This document shows positions 1 to 9,620 of a DNA stretch of 28,545 nt, one piece after another (the stretch's first letter is position 1; every line of letters begins with the position of its first letter). This DNA comes from a virus (lineage: Duplodnaviria > Caudoviricetes): positions 1-28,545 of the IMG/VR virus record IMGVR_UViG_3300042997_000592; one strand, given 5' to 3'. The notes under the pieces were generated by a model, which saw only the letters and a list, made by a program, of their open reading frames with translations, did not search any database and was not told the origin of the DNA. The translations under genes and the position numbers were made by a program.

Positions 1-2
1 CT

Positions 3-1955
3 AACTTGTCTATTGACGGTAACCTAGTAGTTTTTGATGTAGTCAACAAACGACTGGGCGTCAACAATCTCTATCCGGGTTATGATCTTGATGCTCCAGG
101 CAATGTTCGTCTGGCCAACCTAACTGTGCTGGGCAATACTATTGTCAGCAACACTGGTAAAATTGGCCTGGGATCAATTAGTAATCTAGTGGTTTCTGGT
201 GGCACTAGTTATGATGTTATCTATACTGATGGTTCCGGAAATCTAGCGTTTGGTAATCTAAACACACTATCAGGATTGGACGGATTTACTGGTAACAGTA
301 TTCAGATGGGATCCAATACTGCTGGCTATCTGGTCAGCAACGCAGTGGCGCTAACAACTACCACAACAGTAACAGACGGTATTGCACAGTTAAACTTTGT
401 GTTAGGTAAATTAGTGCCTCCGTCGCCCCCAGTCTTTCCTGGGACCAGCACACTGTCTTTAAGCACATCGGTGACCACTGGTCGTATCACCAACTTTACG
501 CAAACTGATAACTCAGGTTGGGGCAACCTTAGTGTGGCTGCCGGCACTAGTGTCAGTGCAACCAGAGTTACGACCTATACCGCTGGTACCATAACCAATG
601 TAGGTCCAGGAGACTCTGGTGTAGTCACAGCATATTTTAACGGTGCGGCTGCTGGTGCCGCCACACTGGCAACTGGTAGTCAGAATGGTACATATGGTAA
701 TCTGATCATATCTGCGGACCAGGATTATAACAACGTAGTGTCCGCAGTAACAGCTGGATTCTGGGAAAGTTTCAGTGCCAGCCTGTCTGGAAATACTGTA
801 CCTGCAGGATGGAACCGTGCGCAGATTGTTGATACTGCTGGTTCTCCCACCAATACTATCACCTGGTATTACGATAGTTCAACACCCGGTACCCCTACAT
901 TTAGTAATACCAGTATTGCATTGAGTTCCAATAGCAGTACTTACACCAGTACTATCCCTCACTTTAATTCCAGCACATCGTTCAGAATTAAAGGTAACGT
1001 GTCCAGATTGAGTGGTGATACTTATCCATTGGGGATATCGTCAGGTTCATCTACTCTGGTATCCGCCAGTGCTGGTGGCCCTTTCGCTGCACCCACAGTG
1101 GTAACATACACTGGTGCAGGCGTCACAGTTCCATTAGTTAGAAATTTATATGTAAGTTCTGGCAGTGCGTACTTTGAAACCACATCTGCCATTACCACTG
1201 GATTTAGCTCAAGTGCTAGTGGGCCCAGCCTAAGTGTTAACAATAACTATGCCACTGGGTCTTCAGGTGCGTTAATAGTCAGTGGGACTCCTACGATATT
1301 GTATAAAACTGGTACCAGTAGCGCCATGGAGGAAACTGCGGTGACCTTTGGCAGTACAGTGGGCACAGGATCCGGAACAGCATCCAGAATTATCAATCCT
1401 GGTAGTACAGACAATCCAGTTTATACAGCCAGTGCATCTTTGTTTAACAGCCAAAGTTCAACGTTGGAAGTATATGATGCGACTATAGTTGCAGCAGTAT
1501 TAAAACATGATCAGACCAATTACTCCACTGGATACTTACCAGTGGGACCTAACCTGAGTTCAGGGCGTAGTGGAGCACAGTATTTTACATTTAGATTTGT
1601 CAGAACATCAGTGTCTAAATTTAATATTAAATTTACTGGAACCATTGCTGGACTTTGGGTAGCATTACCAGGCAGCGGAATTGATACTAGTTCAACATTA
1701 AACGGATGGTTGACCATGGATACGGCATATGCTGGTGCTGGACAGCCCGGAGCAGGCACTGGTGGTAACGGCAGCAATGGATGTGCATTGGGTGGTGTAG
1801 TAACACTGAATTCAGCAGTTACCAATCATAGTAAAACTTGCACGTTTGGTACAGCGTCCAGTTCAAGTACAGCTACAAACGAAATATATGTAAGAATTAA
1901 ATTAACCAGTGGACAGACAGTATCAGCTCTGTCACTAGAGACAGCGAGTAACTAA
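3..1955 (+). CDS. Phage virion structural protein (Ser/Thr/Gly-rich, beta-rich; baseplate/fibre-associated), 5'-truncated by window edge
   Basis: Frame is open from position 3 (AAC TTG TCT ATT...), so the TTG at 6 is probably not the true start. About 650 aa, S/T/G-rich, N-terminal FDVVNKRLGVNN fibre-type motif, first gene of a co-oriented structural block. Confidence 0.7.
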   Translation, partial: NLSIDGNLVVFDVVNKRLGVNNLYPGYDLDAPGNVRLANLTVLGNTIVSNTGKIGLGSISNLVVSGGTSYDVIYTDGSGNLAFGNLNTLSGLDGFTGNSIQMGSNTAGYLVSNAVALTTTTTVTDGIAQLNFVLGKLVPPSPPVFPGTSTLSLSTSVTTGRITNFTQTDNSGWGNLSVAAGTSVSATRVTTYTAGTITNVGPGDSGVVTAYFNGAAAGAATLATGSQNGTYGNLIISADQDYNNVVSAVTAGFWESFSASLSGNTVPAGWNRAQIVDTAGSPTNTITWYYDSSTPGTPTFSNTSIALSSNSSTYTSTIPHFNSSTSFRIKGNVSRLSGDTYPLGISSGSSTLVSASAGGPFAAPTVVTYTGAGVTVPLVRNLYVSSGSAYFETTSAITTGFSSSASGPSLSVNNNYATGSSGALIVSGTPTILYKTGTSSAMEETAVTFGSTVGTGSGTASRIINPGSTDNPVYTASASLFNSQSSTLEVYDATIVAAVLKHDQTNYSTGYLPVGPNLSSGRSGAQYFTFRFVRTSVSKFNIKFTGTIAGLWVALPGSGIDTSSTLNGWLTMDTAYAGAGQPGAGTGGNGSNGCALGGVVTLNSAVTNHSKTCTFGTASSSSTATNEIYVRIKLTSGQTVSALSLETASN

Positions 1956-3584
1956 ATGGCAATTTCAGATTCAGCAAAAGTTGACCTATTATATAAAAAA
2001 TATTTTGGTGTAACCAAAACTGATCTGCCTGCGAACAAAAGTCCCAGTAACGAATCCATAGCCAGCCCTGCACTATTGCGTGGCGACATCGTCTGGCAGC
2101 AAGCAACCAGCATACCACCTACTGCCGCGGCCGTAGCAAGCGTAGTACAGGCCTATCAGACCACTGGAAGAATTGAGTGTACTGCTGATACAACTAGTAC
2201 TCCTATTAGCAGCGTTTACCCCAGCTGGAAAACCAACCTAACTGATTGGATACCTCCAGAATTTGGTTCCACATACTTTGTAAAAGTATATGCCGAAACC
2301 ACTGGAAATGCCAACCCCACCACCGGCACACCGCTATCAGATTCTGGTATCGCAGGTGTTGGTGAATGGAACTTTGATTATTCTGCTGGTGTACTGAACT
2401 TTATTGGTGGTACTATTCCAGCTGCCCTGACCGCAGCCAAAGTAATATACGTCACCGGCTACAGATATATTGGAACCAAGGGCGTAACCAACTATCCCGG
2501 TGGTATGACCATTGGTAATATTACTATTGCCGGTAATACCATAACTGGCAACACTGGTGTGAGTTTTGGTGGAAATATTTACGGTGATATCTACGGAAAT
2601 ATCGTCAGCTTTGGTACCAGTCAGCTGGGTAATCTGTCGTTCACCAACGGAACTATAAGCAGTGTATTGACTAATGGTAACATAACATTGGATCCCAACG
2701 GTACTGGTAACGTCAGTGTCAGTGGAGCAGTGATTACTAACCTAGGATCACCAACAGGCAATACTGACGCTGTAACCAAAAGTTATGTTGATTCAGCATT
2801 AAATGCTCTGAGTTCAAGTAACATTAATCAACAAAACAGTAGTGTTAGCGTAGTAGACACTGGCAGCAATGGCAATGTCATTGTTAACGTTGATGGTAGC
2901 AATATTGCTTATTTTAGTCAGACTTCATTTACCGTCAGCAATATTACCCTGGCGAATAATAGCATTGTCAGTCAGAGCAATGTGGTTAACTTCCCTGGAA
3001 CAGGTGCCATAACTTTGCCATCGGGCAACAGTGGAAATAGACCCGTCGGCACCACAGGAGAAATTCGTTACAATACTGATCTAGGTACGCCCGAATACTA
3101 CGATGGCTTGACCTGGATACCAGTGAGTAACACGGTAACAGACCAGAGCTTCAGTGGTGATGGATCAAATTTAACATATACTCTGGATCAAGATGCCAAC
3201 GCAGCTGGTATACTAGTTAGCATTAACGGTACATTGCAGCAACCAGGGGTAGCTTATACAGTATCAGGTGATCAGATTACTTTTGCTGAAATCCCACTAG
3301 TTACTGACGTAATTGACATCAGATTTTTGGGTGGGCTGGTTTCTGTTACTGGCACACTATATGACGATTTAATAGTTTCTGGCGATATAACTGCAGCCAA
3401 TATACAAATTAATACTGGTGGTTTTATAAAATACCCAGTGTATACCGTAGCAAATCTAATAGCCATCACTGGCCAAGTGGGCTGGATCGCAGCAGTTTCC
3501 AATAGTTCTCCAGGTGGGGCATTAGCTTTCTGGGATACAACCAACTCGCGCTGGAGCTATGTCGGCGACAACTCAGCAGTTTAA
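1956..3584 (+). CDS. Phage fibre/baseplate-associated structural protein (542 aa)
   Basis: ATG abuts the upstream TAA. Contains fibre motifs (NITLDPNGTGNV, DAVTKSYVD), a LPSG..NRP...GEIRYNT...EYY...W module and an FSGDGS...ILVSINGTLQQPG.AY...ITFAE beta-sandwich repeat shared with the next gene. Confidence 0.75.
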   Translation: MAISDSAKVDLLYKKYFGVTKTDLPANKSPSNESIASPALLRGDIVWQQATSIPPTAAAVASVVQAYQTTGRIECTADTTSTPISSVYPSWKTNLTDWIPPEFGSTYFVKVYAETTGNANPTTGTPLSDSGIAGVGEWNFDYSAGVLNFIGGTIPAALTAAKVIYVTGYRYIGTKGVTNYPGGMTIGNITIAGNTITGNTGVSFGGNIYGDIYGNIVSFGTSQLGNLSFTNGTISSVLTNGNITLDPNGTGNVSVSGAVITNLGSPTGNTDAVTKSYVDSALNALSSSNINQQNSSVSVVDTGSNGNVIVNVDGSNIAYFSQTSFTVSNITLANNSIVSQSNVVNFPGTGAITLPSGNSGNRPVGTTGEIRYNTDLGTPEYYDGLTWIPVSNTVTDQSFSGDGSNLTYTLDQDANAAGILVSINGTLQQPGVAYTVSGDQITFAEIPLVTDVIDIRFLGGLVSVTGTLYDDLIVSGDITAANIQINTGGFIKYPVYTVANLIAITGQVGWIAAVSNSSPGGALAFWDTTNSRWSYVGDNSAV

Positions 3585-3645
3585 ATAAAATATTTTTGGT
3601 CGTATTTTAAATACCCAATGCGTTTCCTTGCGAGTTTTATAAATA
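3582..3645 (+). promoter_or_regulatory. Cluster of T4-type late promoter cores
   Basis: TAAATA at 3582-3587 (overlapping the stop codon) and 3608-3613, and a perfect TATAAATA at 3638-3645. SD AAGGA at 3666-3670 precedes ATG 3678. TATAAATA is the T4 gp55-dependent late promoter. Confidence 0.75.
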
Positions 3646-3677
3646 CGTTATAGCTATAAATCTCCAAGGAAAAAGCG

Positions 3678-6600
3678 ATGGCCGTTACCAGAATTAAGAA
3701 TAATCAGATCACTGACAGTACAATTACCGCTGCGAAAATTGCGTCTGGAACGCTGACCGGCGGATTGTTTGCCAGCGACCTTACACTGAATAGCAACGTT
3801 ACCATTACTGGTAACTTGACTTTACAGGGCAATGTAGATAGTATAAGTGCAACCAACACCTATGTTAACGACCCCTTGGTTGTTTTCAACAACGGTTTCG
3901 TTGGTGCACCCAGCTACGATATTGGTATTCTGGTAAACCGCAACTTAACTGCAACCGCTCCTTACGGTTCAGTAAACGCAGCCTGGGTCTGGAGAGAGGC
4001 TGACGACGCATTTGAAGGTCTGATGACCACAGAAACTGGTGCAACCACTGGTTCCATTAACAATTCAGGTTTCGCTAACTTAAAAGTTGGTAATATCACG
4101 GCCAACAGCCTGTCATTAACCACTGGTACACTAACGGCCTCCAGTGGCATCACAGGCACACCAATTTCCGGTAGCACTGGCTATTTTACCGTACTACAAG
4201 GTACAGCATTTAGCACAGCCAATGCTGTGATTTCTGGTGGTTACATCAGTGCATTAACCAACGCTACCATTACTTCTGGTGCCATTACAACATTATATGC
4301 CGACAGTTTAAATACTGCCAACGCTGTAATCACTGGTGGTTATATCAACAGTTTGGCCAATCTAACAGCCACTACAGCACAGGCCACAAACTTCAGTTCA
4401 GGTAACATATATGCCACTGGTACTACAAACGGTACCTGGAGTACAGCCAACGTTGCTCTGTACGAGCAACTAACAAACAGCACAACCAATGCCAGCTTCT
4501 ATGTGCCATTTTATGACAAAGCAACTGGTAACGCAGCAGCTTATACCAATACCATATTGAACTTTAATCCTAGTACTGGTGTCTTAACTGCTACATCATT
4601 TAATGGTACATTATTGGGCACGGTTGCTACAGCCAACGTGGCACTGTATGAAAACTTAACTAACAGTACAACCAATGCTACTTTCTACCCTGCTTTCTAT
4701 GACAAAGCAACTGGTAACGCAGCAGCATTCACAAATACAACAGTCAACGTAAATCCCAGCACTGGCACTGTCAGTGCCACACAGTTTGTGGGCGGCGGTG
4801 CTGGACTGACAGATATCCAAGCCACACAAGTTCGTGGCACAGTAGATACAGCCAACGTTTCACTGTACGATAGTATTGCAGCAACTACAACTAATGCCAC
4901 TTTCTACCCACAGGTAGTTGACAAAGCAACTGGTAACGTTGCTGCCTACAGTGTAAGTTCCTTCAGCATTAACCCCAGTACTGGTGCACTGTCAGCGACA
5001 TCCTTTAATGGTGTTGGTAACTTTACAACTGCGGTGGCTACGAACTTTAGTAGCGGTAACGCTCAAATCACTGGCGGCAATATTTCTGGTTTAAGTGGAA
5101 TTGCAGCCACAACACTACAAGCTACAAACTTCAGCAGTGGTAACGCAGTCATTTCTGGTGGTTACATTTCATCATTAACAAATGCCACAATAACCACAAC
5201 TAATACAACGACATTAAATGCTGGTACAACTACTACAGCAACATTGAATGCTACAGCAGGTAACGTAACAACGCTATCAGCCAGCAACTTTAGTACTGCC
5301 AACGCAGTGATCACTGGCGGCAGTGCAACTGGATTGACCAACTTCAGTGCTACTACAGCACAGGCCACAAACTTCAGTAGCGGTAATATTCAGGCAACTG
5401 GTACTACTAGTGGTACTTGGTCAACAGCCAACGTTGCTCTATACGAACAACTGACCAATACTACAACCAATGCCACTCATTATGTCAATTTCTATGACAA
5501 GGCAACTGGCAATGCGGCCGCACTAACCAATACTGCGCTGACATTTAACCCCAGCACAGGGCAACTAAGCGCAACTACATTTAGTGGTGCTGGTGCATTT
5601 ACTACACTACAAGCTACAAACTTCAGTACTGGTAACGCAGTTATTTCTGGTGGTTACATCAGCGCATTGTCAAATATTACTGCCACAACTGGCAGCTTTG
5701 GTACAGCCACAGCAGCAACACTAAATGCCACAGCGGGTAACATTGGAACATTGGCTGTAACAACTGGATTCAGTACAGCCAACGCTGCAATTACTGGCGG
5801 TAGTGCAACTGGATTGACAAACTTCAGTGCTACCACAGCACAGGCCACCAACTTCAGTTCAGGCAATGTGGTGGTATCTGGCGGATACATTTCAGGTCTA
5901 ACCAACGCAACCATAACTACAGCCAGTGTTACTAACCTAGCAGCCACAACAGCAGTAGCCACCAACTTTAGCAGTGGCAACGCTGTGATAACTGGTGGAT
6001 CCATTGCTGGATCAACTGGTCACTTTACAACATTATACGGAGCCAACTTCAGCACAGGCAACGCCAGAATCACTGGTGGATATGCTGATAACTTTCCTAT
6101 TGGTGCCAATACGGCCGCAACTGGTGCGTTTACAACACTAGCAGCTAGTGGTGCAACAACTATCACTGGAATAACGCAGTCCACAAGTTCAACAACTGGT
6201 GCACTAACTGTTTCAGGTGGTGTTGGTATAGCCAAAGACGTCTATATCGGTGGAAATCTATATGTAGCTAACCTGATTGCCACATCAAGTTCAGAACTAT
6301 TTGTGCAAGATCCGATGTTATACCTAACAGCAAATGCACTATATCCATACAACTACGATATTGGTATCTTCAGTCAGTTTATTGGTGGTAGTGGCAATAA
6401 CTATCAACACACTGGTATAGTTAGAAGTTCATCTAATACATACTGGGGATTCTTCAGTAATGTAGTCAGCGAGCCCGGGGTAACTATCAACTGGTCTGAC
6501 GCTGGATTAATTTGGGATCCAGTTAAAGCTGGTGAACTGACACTGGCCAATACTACACCTTCAACAAGCACTGCAACTGGCGCACTAAAAGTGTCTGGTG

Positions 6601-9551
6601 GTGCTGGTATTGCTGGTAACTTGAATGCTGGTAATGTAACCACATCAATGACCACTGGTACAGTGATGGGCAACGTGGGTAACTTTAACAACATCTACGG
6701 TACATTCTACGGTACCGTCGCTGGTGGCGCTGGTAGTGCTAACGTTTCGTTATATCAAGCATTGACTGATGCAACGGTTGATTCATCACACTATATTGCA
6801 ATGTATGACAAGGCCACTGGTAATGCCGCAGCCTACACTGATGCTGGGTTGACATATAACCCCAGCACTGGTGTTCTTACAGCAACAACAGTCAGCGCAA
6901 CAAATGGCGCAGTAACTACACTGAATGCCACAAACTTCAGCAGTGGTAATATCCAGGCAACTGGAACTACATCTGGTACTTGGAGTACAGCCAACGTCAG
7001 CCTGTATGATTCAATTGCGGCAACCACAACCAACGGTACATTCTATCCACAAGTAGTTGACAAGACCTCCGGTAACGTAGCCACTTACAGTGTAAGCACA
7101 TTTAGCATTAATCCCAGCACTGGTACATTATCAGCAACCACATTCAGTGGCGCTGGTTCGTTTACTACAGTAAATGCTACCAACTTTAGTAGCGGCAACG
7201 TTGCCATTACTGGCGGGTATATCAATAACTTGGCTAATGTAACTGCAACAGCGGCTACTATTGGTACTGTAAATGCCACAGCTGGTAACATTACAACACT
7301 ACAGTCCACAAACTTCAGTACTGGTAACGCTGTTATTTCAGGTGGTAGTGCGACTGGATTGACCAACTTCAGTGCAACAACAGCACAGGCTACAAACTTT
7401 AGTTCAGGCAACGCAGTAATTACTGGCGGCAGCGCGACAGGATTAACCAACTTCAGTGCTACAACTGGACAAGTCACAAACTTTAGTACTGGTAACGCAG
7501 TTATTTCTGGTGGTTATATCAGCGCATTAACAAATGCAACTATTACCACCGCCACAGTAACAACATTGAATGCCACAACTGAAACAGTTGGCACACTAAA
7601 TGTAACAGCTGGTAACGTTACCACACTGTCTGCTCAAAACTTTAGCAGTGGCAACGCAGTAATCACAGGTGGTTCGATCTCTGGGTTAACCAACCTAGCT
7701 GCAACCACACTAGTAGTTACAAACTTCAGTACTGGTAACGCCGTTATTTCAGGCGGTTATATCAGTGCTCTGGCCAACATTACAGCTACCACAGGTAGTT
7801 TTGCTACTTCAACCAGTACAACATTGAACGCTACCTCCGGTAACGTTACTACATTGGCAGCTGGCAACTTCAGCACAGCCAATGCTGTGATTTCTGGTGG
7901 TTACATCAGTGCATTAACCAACGCTACCATTACTACTGGTAGTATCACAAACTTGACCAGTACTACCGCAGTGGCTACAAACTTCAGTAGCGGTAATATT
8001 CAGGCAACTGGTACTACTAGTGGTACTTGGAGTACTGCCAACGTTGCATTGTATGAGCAACTGACCAATACTACAACCAATGCCACACATTACATTAACT
8101 TCTACGACAAAGCCACTGGCAATGCCGCAGCGTTGACAAACACAGCACTGAACTTTAATCCAAGTACTGGTGTTTTGGCAGCAACTACGTTTAGTGGTAG
8201 TGGAGCAAGCCTAACCAACTTGCCAGCAACAGCCGTTGTTGGCACTGTGGAAACTGCTAACGTCAGCTTGTATGACAGCATTACTGCCTCAACAACCAAT
8301 GCCACATTCTACCCACAGCTGGTAGACAAGGCCACTGGTAATGCAGCGGCATATAGCGCAGCTTATGTGACAGTTAATCCAAGCACAAACACGCTGAGTG
8401 CCAACGTGTTCAGTGGTGCAGTAACAGCCACAACTGTTACAGCTTCTGGTACAATTATCGGATCTGGTAATATTGTTGCTGGTGCCAGTACAGAGAGCAC
8501 CAGCACAACAACCGGTGCCCTGGTGGTTGTTGGTGGAACAGGTATTGCTGGTAACGTTACAGCAGGCAAAGCAGCAACATTTAACAGCAGCAAGACTGCT
8601 GGTATGGACTTTGTTGTCAAGGGCAAGACAGATGAAACACTGATCTGGGCACGTCCAGGTAGCAGCTACGACCAGGTAGTTGTTGGTAATTCAGCAACAA
8701 CCAGCACATTAGTAACTGGTGCTAAACTGATTGTCAACACAACAGACAGTATGTTGGTTCCAGTAGGTACCACAGCACAACGTCCTGGCAGCACTGGTGG
8801 CACTGACACTGCTGGTATGTTTCGTTATAACACCACTATTGGTGCTATTGAATGGTATAACGGTTCAGTGTGGCAGACCGCCAGTACGCAGTTCACCACA
8901 ATCACTGACACACAGTTTAACGGTGACGGCCTGACTGATACATTTACCAGCAGCAACTTTGCCACAGCCACTACCAACAGTCTAATTGTCAGTATTAACG
9001 GTGTGTTGCAGATTCCAACCATAGCTTACAGCTTGAGTGGTAGCACCATTACATTTACCGAAGCTCCAACCAACGGTGATTTGATTGACGTTCGTGTGGT
9101 CACAACTACAGCAACCATTAGCTCACTGGTAAGCACTAACGGTTTCATGGGATTCATTGTTGACGATAACGGTGTTTACATCAGCACTGGTACTGGCAGT
9201 GCAACGGTATACAACTATTACGACACAACTGGTGGAATTGTAAGCAATATTGCCAACGTTTCGGTTGCAAGTGCCAATACAGCGACTACACTGGATACCA
9301 TTAGCAACAGCGTGTATCGCAGTGCCAAGTATACTGTTCAGGTCACAAATGGTGCCAACTATCAGGTAGCTGAAGCACTAGTAATCCAGAACGGCACTAC
9401 TGCTACAATCACCACATATGGTGTTGTTCAGACCAACGGCAACCTGGGTGTACTGGCTGCTACAGTCAGCGGTGGAAATACTCTGCTACAGTTTATTGCC
9501 ACCAACGCAACCAATAATGTCAGAATTAAGAAAGAGTATATGGTAATCTAA
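3678..9551 (+). CDS. Giant repetitive tail fibre protein (1957 aa)
   Basis: Late promoter and SD. T/A/G/S/N-dominated; 8 copies of an ANV.LY...DKATGN...NPSTG module, many ATNFSSGNAVI.GG repeats, 3 STTGAL.V.GG.GIAG repeats; C-terminal TAQRP/GMFRYNT module, FNGDG beta-sandwich and a YRSAKY.VQV terminal domain. Confidence 0.8.
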   Translation: MAVTRIKNNQITDSTITAAKIASGTLTGGLFASDLTLNSNVTITGNLTLQGNVDSISATNTYVNDPLVVFNNGFVGAPSYDIGILVNRNLTATAPYGSVNAAWVWREADDAFEGLMTTETGATTGSINNSGFANLKVGNITANSLSLTTGTLTASSGITGTPISGSTGYFTVLQGTAFSTANAVISGGYISALTNATITSGAITTLYADSLNTANAVITGGYINSLANLTATTAQATNFSSGNIYATGTTNGTWSTANVALYEQLTNSTTNASFYVPFYDKATGNAAAYTNTILNFNPSTGVLTATSFNGTLLGTVATANVALYENLTNSTTNATFYPAFYDKATGNAAAFTNTTVNVNPSTGTVSATQFVGGGAGLTDIQATQVRGTVDTANVSLYDSIAATTTNATFYPQVVDKATGNVAAYSVSSFSINPSTGALSATSFNGVGNFTTAVATNFSSGNAQITGGNISGLSGIAATTLQATNFSSGNAVISGGYISSLTNATITTTNTTTLNAGTTTTATLNATAGNVTTLSASNFSTANAVITGGSATGLTNFSATTAQATNFSSGNIQATGTTSGTWSTANVALYEQLTNTTTNATHYVNFYDKATGNAAALTNTALTFNPSTGQLSATTFSGAGAFTTLQATNFSTGNAVISGGYISALSNITATTGSFGTATAATLNATAGNIGTLAVTTGFSTANAAITGGSATGLTNFSATTAQATNFSSGNVVVSGGYISGLTNATITTASVTNLAATTAVATNFSSGNAVITGGSIAGSTGHFTTLYGANFSTGNARITGGYADNFPIGANTAATGAFTTLAASGATTITGITQSTSSTTGALTVSGGVGIAKDVYIGGNLYVANLIATSSSELFVQDPMLYLTANALYPYNYDIGIFSQFIGGSGNNYQHTGIVRSSSNTYWGFFSNVVSEPGVTINWSDAGLIWDPVKAGELTLANTTPSTSTATGALKVSGGAGIAGNLNAGNVTTSMTTGTVMGNVGNFNNIYGTFYGTVAGGAGSANVSLYQALTDATVDSSHYIAMYDKATGNAAAYTDAGLTYNPSTGVLTATTVSATNGAVTTLNATNFSSGNIQATGTTSGTWSTANVSLYDSIAATTTNGTFYPQVVDKTSGNVATYSVSTFSINPSTGTLSATTFSGAGSFTTVNATNFSSGNVAITGGYINNLANVTATAATIGTVNATAGNITTLQSTNFSTGNAVISGGSATGLTNFSATTAQATNFSSGNAVITGGSATGLTNFSATTGQVTNFSTGNAVISGGYISALTNATITTATVTTLNATTETVGTLNVTAGNVTTLSAQNFSSGNAVITGGSISGLTNLAATTLVVTNFSTGNAVISGGYISALANITATTGSFATSTSTTLNATSGNVTTLAAGNFSTANAVISGGYISALTNATITTGSITNLTSTTAVATNFSSGNIQATGTTSGTWSTANVALYEQLTNTTTNATHYINFYDKATGNAAALTNTALNFNPSTGVLAATTFSGSGASLTNLPATAVVGTVETANVSLYDSITASTTNATFYPQLVDKATGNAAAYSAAYVTVNPSTNTLSANVFSGAVTATTVTASGTIIGSGNIVAGASTESTSTTTGALVVVGGTGIAGNVTAGKAATFNSSKTAGMDFVVKGKTDETLIWARPGSSYDQVVVGNSATTSTLVTGAKLIVNTTDSMLVPVGTTAQRPGSTGGTDTAGMFRYNTTIGAIEWYNGSVWQTASTQFTTITDTQFNGDGLTDTFTSSNFATATTNSLIVSINGVLQIPTIAYSLSGSTITFTEAPTNGDLIDVRVVTTTATISSLVSTNGFMGFIVDDNGVYISTGTGSATVYNYYDTTGGIVSNIANVSVASANTATTLDTISNSVYRSAKYTVQVTNGANYQVAEALVIQNGTTATITTYGVVQTNGNLGVLAATVSGGNTLLQFIATNATNNVRIKKEYMVI
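4212..4274 (+). repeat. 63-nt perfect direct repeat, copy 1 (copy 2 at 7872-7934)
   Basis: agcacagccaatgctgtgatttctggtggttacatcagtgcattaaccaacgctaccattact is identical at both sites. Confidence 0.9.
4446..8420 (+). repeat. Eight dispersed ~55-codon module repeats within the giant fibre
   Basis: Module ANV(A/S)LY...TTNATFYP...DKATGNAAA...(F/I/V)NPSTG.L.AT.F starts near 4446, 4632, 4851, 5427, 6738, 6990, 8037 and 8256. Confidence 0.85.
5367..5420 (+). repeat. 54-nt perfect direct repeat, copy 1 (copy 2 at 7977-8030)
   Basis: acaaacttcagtagcggtaatattcaggcaactggtactactagtggtacttgg is identical at both sites. Confidence 0.9.
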
Positions 9552-9558
9552 ACTGGCT

Positions 9559-9614
9559 GGGCTGGAAGGGCCAGCCCTGCTATAACCTATATCGGGGAAT
9601 ATGGAACCGAAGGA
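9559..9614 (+). promoter_or_regulatory. Structured intergenic leader (two hairpins plus SD), possible translational operator or processing site
   Basis: GGGCTGG-aaggg-CCAGCCC (9559-9577, no U-tract) and TCGG-ggaatatggaa-CCGA (9592-9610) running into SD AAGGA (9610-9614). Confidence 0.4.
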
Positions 9615-9620
9615 TAAAAA

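Noticed and set aside
4200-8450. CRISPR-like or non-coding repeat array
   Set aside because: Repeats are in frame, degenerate at third codon positions and irregularly spaced; they are protein repeats.
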